Part shown: positions 23,620 to 32,313 of the stretch, in pieces | How the letters are laid out: each line of letters begins with the position of its first letter | Numbering within the stretch: the first letter of the stretch is position 1 | Source: Elusimicrobiota bacterium | GTDB taxonomy: Bacteria; Elusimicrobiota; Elusimicrobia; UBA1565; UBA9628 | Direction of reading: 5' to 3' | Length of the DNA: 64,000 bases | NCBI GenBank assembly: GCA_026388095.1 | Contig: JAPLKL010000018.1 | Span: 38,388-102,387, forward strand | Made by a program: the position numbers and the translations under genes | Notes under the pieces: model-generated | Told to the model about the DNA's origin: nothing | The model's input: only the letters and a program-made list of their open reading frames with translations | The model's database searches: none

Positions 23620-24192
23620 GTGGAATTCCACGAGACGGTCCGCGCGCGGCAGTCCGTGCGGGAGTTCAAGCCCGACCCGGTCCCGTCCGAGGTCCTGCTG
23701 CGCCTGCTGGAGGCCTTCCGGGCCGCGCCCTCCTGGGCCAATGTCCAGCCCTGGGAGCTGATCCTGGTCCAGGACCCGGAGCTCAGGCGCCGGCTGCAGC
23801 AGACCCTCTCGCCGGGCAACCCCGCCACCAAGGCCGCAGTCGAGGCGCCGGTGCTGGTCTGCGCGGTAGGCATCGCGGGGCGCTCCGGCTGGTACAAGGG
23901 CAAGCCCGTGACCGCGCGCAACGACGAGTGGATGCTCTTCGACCTGGGCATCGCCTGCGAGCACCTGGCTTTGGCCGCGGCCGCCGAGGGGCTGGGCACC
24001 GTGCATGCGGGCTACTTCGACTTCGCCAAGGCCGGGGAGATCCTCGGGGTCCCGGTCGGCCGCAGCGTGGTGGAGCTCATCCCTCTAGGCTACCCCGCGC
24101 GCCTGCCCAGGCGGGTGGAGCGCAAGCCTCTAGCCGAGTTCGTGTCCTTGGACCGCCACGGCAATCCCTTCCCCTTGCCCGCAGCGAAATGA
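23620..24192 (+). CDS. nitroreductase-family flavoprotein
   Basis: GTG start directly after the preceding TGA, with GGAGGG 6 nt upstream. RARQSVREFKPDPVPSEVLLRLLEAFRAAPSWANVQPWELILV. Confidence 0.8.
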   Translation: MEFHETVRARQSVREFKPDPVPSEVLLRLLEAFRAAPSWANVQPWELILVQDPELRRRLQQTLSPGNPATKAAVEAPVLVCAVGIAGRSGWYKGKPVTARNDEWMLFDLGIACEHLALAAAAEGLGTVHAGYFDFAKAGEILGVPVGRSVVELIPLGYPARLPRRVERKPLAEFVSLDRHGNPFPLPAAK

Positions 24193-24689
24193 AGCGGGCC
24201 TGCACCAAGAAAGGCGACGCGGGCTTCACGCGCGATTTCTCCGGCCGGCGCCTGGCCAAAGACGACCTGCGCATCTTGGCGCAGGGCAAGTTCGACGCTC
24301 TGCAGTCCGCCATCGACCTCGTGCTCCTCGACGCCCGCCGGAGGGACAAGGCCGCGCTCCAGGAGGTCCAGAAGAAACTCTGGCAAAGCGCGGGCGAGCT
24401 CGCCCGCGCCTCGCGCGCCTGCGTGCCCTGGCCCGTGACCCAGGACGACGTGGAGGCTCTCGAGAGGCACCTGGCGGGCCTGGGAGCTACCCCCCGCAAG
24501 TTCGTGCGCTTCGACACTCTGCGCGCCGTCCATTACAACGAGTGCCGGATCCGGTGCCGGGAACTGGAATCTTCCTGCACCAGGCTCCTGCGGGCCAAGA
24601 AGCTGCGGCCGGAGGTGTACAGCTACCTCAACCGGCTCTCCAGCCTGTTCTTCATGCTGGCCTGCCGGGCCTCGCGCGCCAAATCCTGA
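24189..24689 (+). CDS. ATP:cob(I)alamin adenosyltransferase, PduO type
   Basis: C-terminal 166 aa of track ORF 23463..24689. TKKGDAGFT N-terminal motif and YLNRLSSLFFMLAC near the C terminus. ATGA overlap with the nitroreductase gene. Confidence 0.8.
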   Translation: MKRACTKKGDAGFTRDFSGRRLAKDDLRILAQGKFDALQSAIDLVLLDARRRDKAALQEVQKKLWQSAGELARASRACVPWPVTQDDVEALERHLAGLGATPRKFVRFDTLRAVHYNECRIRCRELESSCTRLLRAKKLRPEVYSYLNRLSSLFFMLACRASRAKS

Positions 24690-25633
24690 TGCCGGCCCCG
24701 GTCTTCACCATAGACTGCCAGTACCTCCATCCCCGCTATGCGGCCTCCTATCTGCTCGTGGAGGGCGGCCGGGCCCTTTTCGTGGACAACAACACGGCGC
24801 GCGCCGTCCCGCTGCTGTTGGAAAGACTCGGTCAGGAAGGACTGACCCCGGAGCAGGTGGACTACGCCATCGTCACGCACGCCCATCTCGACCACGCCGC
24901 GGGCAGCCGGGCACTGGTCGACGCCTGCCCGAATGCGACGCTTCTTGCTCACCATAAGGCCGCAGGGCACATCATCGATCCTACACGCCTGATCGCCAGC
25001 GCGAAGAAAGTCTATGGAGAAAAGGCATTCGATGAGCTATACGGGGCCGTAGCAGGCGTGCCTGAGAGCCGGGTCCGCTCCATGCAAGACGGAGAAGTCC
25101 TTCGTTGGGGCGGCCGCGAGCTCACTTTTCTCCATACGCGAGGGCATGCCAACCATCATGTCTGCGTCTATGATCCGGCCTCGGGAGGAATATTCACCGG
25201 CGACGCCTTCGGGTTGGCGTATCCTGACCTGCAGAAGGGAGGATTGTTTGTTTTTCCCTCTACCAGCCCCACAGGATTCCAGCCGGCAGAGGCGCGGGCC
25301 AGCATAGAGCGCATCCTCAAGACCGGCGCCCAGCGGGCTTTCCTGCCTCATTTCGGGGAGCTTGGCGAGCTGCCGGCCGCTGCAGAGCAGCTATTCGAAC
25401 ACTTGGATTTCTCGGCCCGGCTCCTGGAGGATGCAGTCCATTCAGGCGTGAATGATGCGGAACTGGCCGGCTTTTGCGAGGCTGCCCTGCGGGAGCATTT
25501 CCGCTCTGCCCTGGAACGCTTGGGCATTGCTCAGGCCAAGACCTGGGACATGCTCAAGCTCGACATCGAGCTCAATGCCGCGGGCATCGCCCACGCGGCG
25601 CGCCGGAAACGCTCTTCCGCGCCCGGACACTGA
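24689..25633 (+). CDS. MBL-fold metallo-hydrolase
   Basis: IVTHAHLDHAAGS (HxHxDH) motif, with later HTRGHANHH and GDAF. The ATG shares 1 nt with the preceding stop. Confidence 0.8.
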   Translation: MPAPVFTIDCQYLHPRYAASYLLVEGGRALFVDNNTARAVPLLLERLGQEGLTPEQVDYAIVTHAHLDHAAGSRALVDACPNATLLAHHKAAGHIIDPTRLIASAKKVYGEKAFDELYGAVAGVPESRVRSMQDGEVLRWGGRELTFLHTRGHANHHVCVYDPASGGIFTGDAFGLAYPDLQKGGLFVFPSTSPTGFQPAEARASIERILKTGAQRAFLPHFGELGELPAAAEQLFEHLDFSARLLEDAVHSGVNDAELAGFCEAALREHFRSALERLGIAQAKTWDMLKLDIELNAAGIAHAARRKRSSAPGH

Positions 25634-25752
25634 TTGCTAGTCCAGCTTCGGCCGCAAGGCGTACACCCCCGGGTACATCCCCCCCCTTTTCCCTAGGGAA
25701 AACACCGCAGAACGGACTATAGAAACACGATGGCGGAGAGTCTATCCGACAT

Positions 25753-26574
25753 TTAAGGCCCGCACGGTTTCCCGGCGCCGTGGATGCCGCCCGGAAAGTA
25801 ACATGATTCGAGGGGCTTGGAGACCCACTTGTCGCGGCCGTTGCCGTCGTAAGCGGCCGAAGTGCGCGTCCGGCTCACTGTCCCATTGCCGAAGTCGTCG
25901 ATCATGTCCACGACGATGCTATGCGGCCGGCTCCGGCCGGGGATGAGCACGAAATAGACCAAGCCGCGGTTGAGCTCGGCCGGGCCGAAGGTGGCGTCCC
26001 GGCCGCTGGGGCTTCCATCGACCTTAGCCCTGAACGTGATGCGCTGGTTGGCCCAATAGCCGGGCATGATGGTGTGATGATAGCGGACCACGTCGGCTTG
26101 TCGCCCGTCCGTGGCGGCCGCGGTCCGGCCGTCCCAGAAGACCTCCCTGAGCGCCTGCTGCGGGGGCGCCGCAGCCGCTTGCTCGACAGGGGGGAGCCGC
26201 TCGCCGCCGGTCACCGAGACGCCGTCGACCTCCTCCCGCAAGGCTCCGGGCAGCACCATCATGGTCGAATCCGCCGGAGCGGTCTCTGGGGCCGGGGGCG
26301 CCGGCACGGCCGCCACGGCCCGGACCGGCTCAGGCCGCACCGCGACGGCAGGAGTCTTCATGCGGGAAAACCCCGTCCAGAGGAAGGCGGCTGCGACGGC
26401 CAGGAAGGCGGCCACGGCCCCGGCGGTGAGCCCGTGCCGCGGCGGCCCCGGTGCCTGGAACCGGGGCCGGGGCGTGTAGGGGTCCCGGGACATCTCCAGA
26501 GGTGCCGAGCCCGGCAAGCGCGGGCTCGGGACCGGCTTCGGGCTTTCCTGGGGGCGGGAGTCGGGCTCCTTCAT
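25753..26574 (-). CDS. hypothetical protein: Pro-rich N terminus, one predicted TM helix, unrecognised C-terminal domain
   Basis: Long ORF. Start placed at MKEPDS (26574). The TM-like stretch is LTAGAVAAFLAVAAAFLWTGF. No family recognised. Confidence 0.5.
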   Translation of the reverse strand: MKEPDSRPQESPKPVPSPRLPGSAPLEMSRDPYTPRPRFQAPGPPRHGLTAGAVAAFLAVAAAFLWTGFSRMKTPAVAVRPEPVRAVAAVPAPPAPETAPADSTMMVLPGALREEVDGVSVTGGERLPPVEQAAAAPPQQALREVFWDGRTAAATDGRQADVVRYHHTIMPGYWANQRITFRAKVDGSPSGRDATFGPAELNRGLVYFVLIPGRSRPHSIVVDMIDDFGNGTVSRTRTSAAYDGNGRDKWVSKPLESCYFPGGIHGAGKPCGP

Positions 26575-26646
26575 CGGGCTTTGGATTGTAATAGGGATAA
26601 GCACGTTTCTGAGAACATATTGGACCTTATCGTAAGCAACCATCCA

Positions 26647-28205
26647 ATCCAGGCCCCCGAGGGGGCCTGGATTCGGCTATAATACCAAAACGCCGCCGGA
26701 GTGAGCGTCCGGATCGGGTGGGATTCTTCAGGTTGACGGCGTGGAGGCAGAGCCGTGGCTACGCGGAGTGGAAATCATCCGCCGGAGGAACGTCGACTGC
26801 TTCGTATAAGTCACTTCGCGGGTCGAGCTGACACTCCTCCCCCGGCGGCCCGCACATAGCCTCGACTAATTTAGTCCGCGCGGGCATCGTCTTCGGGAAT
26901 TCCGTCGGAAGGCCAAGGTGCTCCAACAGCCGGACCAACTCCTGGTCGTTCATGATGACCGCCACAGGCACCATGGTCGCGGCGCAGCGCGGGCAGACCA
27001 ACGGGTCAACCTCGAAGACCCGGTTCAGGCAGGCGGCCCAGGAACGTACGCTCTTGCTGACCGCTTCCTTGGCCCCCTCCACTTTCTTTCGCAGACGAGC
27101 CTTGGCCGTGCCCCGGCTCGCCTCGGCCACCAGCGACGCCCGCAGCGGCGAGTTCGGCCCCAAAGCCCCGTAGTAGCGCAGAAGATTCCTGCGCGCCGGC
27201 GGGATCAGCAGACCCCAGCGCCTAAGGAATTCCACCGGCTCGAACCGCAAAGCCAAGGTCAGACCATTCTTAGGCTCGGTGCGGTAGACGACCCGGTCAT
27301 TCTTCGGCTGATACGACAACCGCTTAGGCGCGAGCGCCGGCTTGGCGCAATAGAAAAGGACGCGCTCCAGCCCCTCACGATCCCCGCCCGGCACGAACAC
27401 CTTGGCGTGCAGGGAGAAACCCGAGTTCTGCCAGGACAGCATCTCTTTAGCCATATCATCGGGGATGGCGCCCAGCCTGCGCAAGCGCCTGAGAATCTTG
27501 TGGCGCAAAGACTCGGTCATAAGCTCGATGTCCCGCTCTGACGGCTCGGCAGCGGCGTGGAACCTGAGCTTCGAGCCCAACAAGCCCGGCTCAAAGCTGA
27601 AGCGCCCCTCCGAGACCACCGCGTGCACATGCGGATGCAGATTCAGCGAACGGCCCGCGCGCTGGATGAAGTGAAGCTGGGCCGCGGCCGTGCCCGCGCA
27701 TCTCCTGCGCAGGAGACGCTCTATCTCACGGGCCAGGATGCGGCTTATCTCGCCCGGCAAAGCGGCGCTCTGGTTGACGTACCACCTCAGCCGCTTGGGA
27801 ATGGTCAAGACATATTGCCGATAGCCCACCGCGGGCAGAAGCCGGTCCGATGCGTCGGCCATGATGATCGCCGCGCGCTTGGCGTCGCAGTGCGGGCAGA
27901 AGCCCCGGCGCTTGCAGGAGAAAGCGACGAACAGGTCCTCCCCGCACTGCGGGCACCGGAAGCGCATTACGCCGAAGCGCGCGATGCCGCACTCCAAGTA
28001 CTTCTGCAAGTGCTGGAGAACGCCCACAGGCGGCCGATGACGAAGATCCTGAGGCCGCCGCAGGGCCAGCGCGAAGTCCTCGATATGGTCGAGCACCAGC
28101 CTATGCAGCGGCCCCCTGGCCGTGTCTCGCGACCGGTAGGACCCAGCCCCCGTTGCCCCCACCTACAATATACGAACGAGGGCCCGATTTGTTCCCTGGC
28201 CAGGG
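26647..28205 (-). mobile_element. IS91-family (rolling-circle, HUH) insertion sequence; boundaries approximate
   Basis: A single transposase gene. A 12-bp-stem hairpin lies about 90 bp beyond its 3' end (26647-26672). The palindrome CCCTGGCCAGGG, preceded by GTTC, lies just upstream of its 5' end (28191-28205). True ends were not determined. Confidence 0.4.
26759..28162 (-). CDS. IS91-family transposase
   Basis: N-terminal zinc-binding domain (YLECGIARFGVMRFRCPQCGEDLFVAFSCKRRGFCPHC). HUH-type motif LNLHPHVHAVVSEG. C-terminal RYYGAL and CPRC. Confidence 0.85.
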   Translation of the reverse strand: MGATGAGSYRSRDTARGPLHRLVLDHIEDFALALRRPQDLRHRPPVGVLQHLQKYLECGIARFGVMRFRCPQCGEDLFVAFSCKRRGFCPHCDAKRAAIIMADASDRLLPAVGYRQYVLTIPKRLRWYVNQSAALPGEISRILAREIERLLRRRCAGTAAAQLHFIQRAGRSLNLHPHVHAVVSEGRFSFEPGLLGSKLRFHAAAEPSERDIELMTESLRHKILRRLRRLGAIPDDMAKEMLSWQNSGFSLHAKVFVPGGDREGLERVLFYCAKPALAPKRLSYQPKNDRVVYRTEPKNGLTLALRFEPVEFLRRWGLLIPPARRNLLRYYGALGPNSPLRASLVAEASRGTAKARLRKKVEGAKEAVSKSVRSWAACLNRVFEVDPLVCPRCAATMVPVAVIMNDQELVRLLEHLGLPTEFPKTMPARTKLVEAMCGPPGEECQLDPRSDLYEAVDVPPADDFHSA

Positions 28206-28273
28206 CCACCAGCCGCCGCAGGGCACTTTACGAATCACTTTACTTATACTTTACTTATTGGTATGATATCTTC

Positions 28274-29278
28274 GTGCCCTTCACCCCCACCTTCCAGGCC
28301 ACTCCCCATCTCCTCAAGGTCTTGGAGGAGATCGCCTCCCTCAACGCCCGCATCCAGAGCGCGGCCATAGGCGTAAGCTGGATACCCAACCTCCAGAGAG
28401 AAGCCGCCGCCCGGCAGACCCACGGCTCCACGGCCATCGAAGGCAATCCCTTGACCCTGCCCGAGGTCCAAATCATCGCCAGCGGCGGCGATCTGCCCCA
28501 GGCCAAACCCCGCGCCATCCAGGAGGTCCTAAACTACCTGGCCGCCCTGCGCTTCATCGAAAAGAACGCCAAAGCCAATAAAATCGAGACCACGGACGTG
28601 CTCAAATTGCACTCGATCATGGGACAAAGGGGCGCTCTGGACCGCGAACCGATCGGCCTCTTCAGACCCTACCAGGTCAAGGTCGGCATGCACATGCCCC
28701 CCACCCCGAAGGGTGTGCCCCGCCTCATGACCGAACTGCTGGAATGGCTCAACGGCCCTGGCCGCGCTTGGCCGGCGGTCGTGAGCTCGGCCATCCTCCA
28801 TTACCAATTCGAGTTCATCCACCCCTTCGGCGACGGCAACGGCAGAGTCGGCCGAGCTTTGGCCACCTGGGAACTCTACCGCAAGCAGTTCGACACCCAC
28901 CACATCTTTGCCGTCGATGAGGTCCTCCTGGAAGACCGGCAGAGCTACTACCGCGCCCTGCATCGTGTTCAGAGCGAGGGCCAGGAATTATCCGGCTGGG
29001 TGGAATACATCGCCGAAGCCATCAACGAAGCGCTGGAGCGAACATGGAAGCGCATCCAGGCCGTCAGTGCCGCTGCCAAAGACAAGGCCCTGACGCTGAC
29101 GCCCAAACAGGAACGGCTCATCACACTGCTGCGCATTGAGCCGCTCGGCATCCAGGCGATCCAGGAGGCGCTCAAGGTCACCAAGCCAGGGGCGCATTTC
29201 ATCATCAAGCCTCTGTTGGCGGCGGGCCTGATCAAGCGTGTAGGCGGGCATAAGACCGGAAAATACGTCTTGGCCTGA
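28274..29278 (+). CDS. Fic-family protein (AMPylase type) with N-terminal inhibitory motif and C-terminal wHTH-like tail
   Basis: Fic motif HPFGDGNGRVGRAL. Inhibitory-helix-like STAIEGN near the N terminus. The start is assigned to the GTG at 28274, the only in-frame start that does not overlap the transposase gene. Confidence 0.75.
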   Translation: MPFTPTFQATPHLLKVLEEIASLNARIQSAAIGVSWIPNLQREAAARQTHGSTAIEGNPLTLPEVQIIASGGDLPQAKPRAIQEVLNYLAALRFIEKNAKANKIETTDVLKLHSIMGQRGALDREPIGLFRPYQVKVGMHMPPTPKGVPRLMTELLEWLNGPGRAWPAVVSSAILHYQFEFIHPFGDGNGRVGRALATWELYRKQFDTHHIFAVDEVLLEDRQSYYRALHRVQSEGQELSGWVEYIAEAINEALERTWKRIQAVSAAAKDKALTLTPKQERLITLLRIEPLGIQAIQEALKVTKPGAHFIIKPLLAAGLIKRVGGHKTGKYVLA

Positions 29279-29301
29279 TAACGAAGCGAGCCTGAAGGTT
29301 T

Positions 29302-30288
29302 TTAGGGCGCGATCTTGAGCACGACCTTGCCCATGGGCCCGGCGGCCAGACGGGCGAAGGCCTCGGGAAGGCGCTCGAACTCCCACTCGGAATCGACCAG
29401 CGGCGCGGCGCCGGTCTTCTTCAGCAGCTTCAGCACCGAGTCCCAGGCCGCGTGGGCTTCCCGTCCCTGATAGGCCGCCACATTCACCCCGCCGATGCGC
29501 AGCTTCCTGAAGAAGAGGCTGGCCGTATTGAACGAGGGCACGGGCCCGGCCAGCCGGCCCACGCAGGACACCTTGCCGCCGGCGCCCAAAGTCTCCAGCA
29601 CCTGGTTGAACGACTCGCCGCCGATGGTGTCCACGGCCAGATCCACCTTGCCGCCCTTGAGGAACTCCTTGACGCGCTTCGGCCACTGCGGGTCGTTGGG
29701 ATCCACGACCGACTGCGCCCCCTGCTGGCGGAGCTTCTCGGCCTTGCCCGCGTCGCGCGACATGGCGAGCACCGTATGCCCCATGGCCCGGGCCAAGTGC
29801 ACCGCGGCCACCCCCACCCCTCCGGAGGCGCCGGTGACAAGCACCGTCGACGGTGGCAACTCACCCCACATGGTCAGGGCCTGATAAGCGGTGAGATAGA
29901 CCAGCGGAGCCGCGGCGCTCTGCTGGGGACTCCAGCCGGGAGTCGGCGCGGCCAGGCAGTCCGCCGGCACCGCCGCGTACTGCGCGAACAGGCCTGGGCG
30001 GTTGACCCCCGCCTCGCCGCGCAGGATCACGCGGCGCGCTCCGCTGGCCAGGCCCTGCACGCCGGGACCCACGGCGACCACGGTCCCCAGGCCGTCGCGG
30101 CCCAGGATATGGGGCAAGACCGGGCGGGCCGGATAGAGCGCTTCGGCCAGGTAGCGGTCCGCCGGATTGAGGGAAGCGAACTCCACGCGCAGGAGCACTT
30201 CGCCTTCGCCGGGCCTGGGCTCGGCGGTCTCCCCGAGCCGGAGGTTCTGGAGCGAGCCTATCTTGTCGAGCAGCCAGGCGCGCATCAT
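29302..30288 (-). CDS. zinc-type alcohol dehydrogenase / NADPH:quinone oxidoreductase family (MDR)
   Basis: LNPADRYL, TAYQAL, and the Rossmann motif VLVTGASGGVGVAAVHLA. Confidence 0.8.
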   Translation of the reverse strand: MMRAWLLDKIGSLQNLRLGETAEPRPGEGEVLLRVEFASLNPADRYLAEALYPARPVLPHILGRDGLGTVVAVGPGVQGLASGARRVILRGEAGVNRPGLFAQYAAVPADCLAAPTPGWSPQQSAAAPLVYLTAYQALTMWGELPPSTVLVTGASGGVGVAAVHLARAMGHTVLAMSRDAGKAEKLRQQGAQSVVDPNDPQWPKRVKEFLKGGKVDLAVDTIGGESFNQVLETLGAGGKVSCVGRLAGPVPSFNTASLFFRKLRIGGVNVAAYQGREAHAAWDSVLKLLKKTGAAPLVDSEWEFERLPEAFARLAAGPMGKVVLKIAP

Positions 30289-30352
30289 GGCGAGACCTCC
30301 CCCCGGCTCAGACCGTGGAGATGCTCCATCCCCTTATTTGAATTGTCAAATT

Positions 30353-31912
30353 TCAAGACCTGACCCCCTCATGCCTGACCCCCTCATGCGGGCGCATCCA
30401 GATGGGCCTCAGATAAGGCTCCGGACGGCGCAGGCCCTTGGCCCGCTCCAATGCGGCCAGCAATATCCTGCGCATCCGGGGCGGGCTCAAGGCCCGGCCC
30501 GCCGGCGCTCCCAGCCTGCCGCGGATGAAAGCGGTCACATCTTCCGAGACCGCGGAAAAATCAACGGCCAGGCCCGCCTCGTCGCCGAGCGCATGCCGCG
30601 CCAAAGCCCGGTTGCAGAGAGCCCAATCATTGGCCTGGCCGTGCCGGAGGCAGTCCGTCAGCTCCGCCGCGGCCTCGGCGTGACGGCCCATGAGCCTGTA
30701 GGCCTCGCCCCTCCACACGCGGGACTCGATGTCCCGGGGATCCGCCGCGATGGCGGAGTCGAGGTCGGCCAAGGCTCCGCGGCAGTCCCCCAGCTTCAAG
30801 CGCGCGGCGCCGCGCCAGCCGCGAGCCCAGGAGAGGGCTCCGGACGCGACAGCCTCGTCGAGCTTGGCCAAAGCCTCGCGGTACCGCCCCAGCCACAGGA
30901 GCGCCTCGCCGTGCCACGCCATGACCTCGGCCTTGGCCAAGACGTCGGCGGCGCGCCGCGCGCGCTCGAACTCGCGCAGCGCGCCGGCCGCCTCGCCCCG
31001 GGCCAGCCTGGCCTCCGCCAGCCGGCAGCGCAGCCCCCAGTCCTCGGGCAGCAGCCGCAAGAGGCGGCGGCAGGCCCCGATGACCCAGCCGTAGTCTCCC
31101 CTGGACAGGCGGTAGGTCACGAAAGGATGATGCCGATAGACCTCGCGCGGGCTGCGGGCAGGCCCGATGCGCCGGTACTCGGCCATCACCTCCCTCAGCG
31201 TCCCGATCCGCGCCAGGAGGCTGCCGCGGCAATAGGCGTACCAGGCTCGGGACGTCTTATCCCCGCCGGCCCTGCGCAGACGCTTGAGCTCCGAGGCGCA
31301 GAAGCCCCTCAGGCCCGCCGGATCCCAAGGGCCGACCCTCTGCCACCACGGCCACTGAAAGGCGTTGGGGTTGGCCACCGTCACGGATCTCCGGAGCATG
31401 GCTTCCGCCAGCCGGAAGGCCGCGGGATAGCGGCGCGCGCACAACAGCGCCGAAAAGACCTCCGGCCACGCCTGCGCCGCGCCGCTGGGCTGCCGGGCGG
31501 CGGCCGCCTCGACGGTCTTGCGGGCCTGCGTGAGCCGGCCGGAACGGATCAGGATCCGAGCCAGCTCGTTGGGCGGCCAAGGCGATGCCGGATCGGCCAG
31601 CGCGGCCCCGCGGAAGGCCCTCTGCGCCGCGCCGCCGCGCCCGAGCCTCTCGCGCACCCGCCCCAAGGCCATGAGGCCCTCATACGACGACGCTCCCAGC
31701 CGCAGAGCGCGCAGCAGGTGCTCCTGGGCCGGCCGCAGCCGGCCGCGGCCCTCGAGGAACCTGGAGAAATCCAATTCCAGGGCTCCGGAGGCCGGGTTGG
31801 CGAGCAGAGCCCTGCGATAGGACCGCTCCGCATCCTGCGGGCGCCCCGCCTTCTCCGCGCTCCGGCCTTGGCGGAGGTCGGCCTCCCACGAGGACAGCCC
31901 AGCTCTCGCCAC
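30353..31912 (-). CDS. tetratricopeptide-repeat protein
   Basis: Repeated A-x-x-x-Y/F-x-x-A-L helical pairs throughout. GTG start 10 nt after the DUF35 gene stop, so probably co-transcribed with it. Confidence 0.6.
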   Translation of the reverse strand: MARAGLSSWEADLRQGRSAEKAGRPQDAERSYRRALLANPASGALELDFSRFLEGRGRLRPAQEHLLRALRLGASSYEGLMALGRVRERLGRGGAAQRAFRGAALADPASPWPPNELARILIRSGRLTQARKTVEAAAARQPSGAAQAWPEVFSALLCARRYPAAFRLAEAMLRRSVTVANPNAFQWPWWQRVGPWDPAGLRGFCASELKRLRRAGGDKTSRAWYAYCRGSLLARIGTLREVMAEYRRIGPARSPREVYRHHPFVTYRLSRGDYGWVIGACRRLLRLLPEDWGLRCRLAEARLARGEAAGALREFERARRAADVLAKAEVMAWHGEALLWLGRYREALAKLDEAVASGALSWARGWRGAARLKLGDCRGALADLDSAIAADPRDIESRVWRGEAYRLMGRHAEAAAELTDCLRHGQANDWALCNRALARHALGDEAGLAVDFSAVSEDVTAFIRGRLGAPAGRALSPPRMRRILLAALERAKGLRRPEPYLRPIWMRPHEGVRHEGVRS

Positions 31913-31922
31913 GGGAGCGCGG

Positions 31923-32312
31923 CTAGGCGGGGACGGCCTTGTAGCCGTAGCAGATCACCCCGGCGTGGCCCACGTCGTGGATCTTGCGGAACTCCAGGCG
32001 CAGGGGCATGCCGCTCTTGAGCTCCTCGGGCTCCACGTCCACGATCTGGACCGTGAGCCGGACCTTGTTGGAGAGCTCCACGATGCCCAGGCCGTAGGGC
32101 GCGAGCTTGGCGAAGCGCTCCGGCGCGGTGTGCACCACGGTATAGGTGAGCAGCTTGCCGTCCGTGGGCAGGCGCAGCTTGGCGAAGGCCTCCCCCCCGC
32201 AGTCCGGGCACTTGAGCCTGGGCGGGAAGAATATCTTCTTGCACTTGCGGCACTGCCCGGCTTCCAGCCGGTAGCGCTGGGGGATCTCGCGCCAGACTCT
32301 CTGCGGTTGCAT
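31923..32312 (-). CDS. DUF35 Zn-ribbon/OB-fold protein (scaffold of archaeal-type thiolase/HMG-CoA synthase complex)
   Basis: CRKCKKIFFPPRLKCPDCGG zinc ribbon followed by an OB-fold-like segment. Sits directly after the thiolase gene. Confidence 0.85.
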   Translation of the reverse strand: MQPQRVWREIPQRYRLEAGQCRKCKKIFFPPRLKCPDCGGEAFAKLRLPTDGKLLTYTVVHTAPERFAKLAPYGLGIVELSNKVRLTVQIVDVEPEELKSGMPLRLEFRKIHDVGHAGVICYGYKAVPA

Positions 32313-32313
32313 T

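Noticed and set aside
20728-24006. 1092-aa minus-strand ORF, the longest in the window after icmF
   Set aside because: It is antisense to the etfB, EtfA-fusion and nitroreductase genes. It is Arg/Gly/Ala/His-rich with no recognisable domain, while the plus-strand products have clear family signatures.
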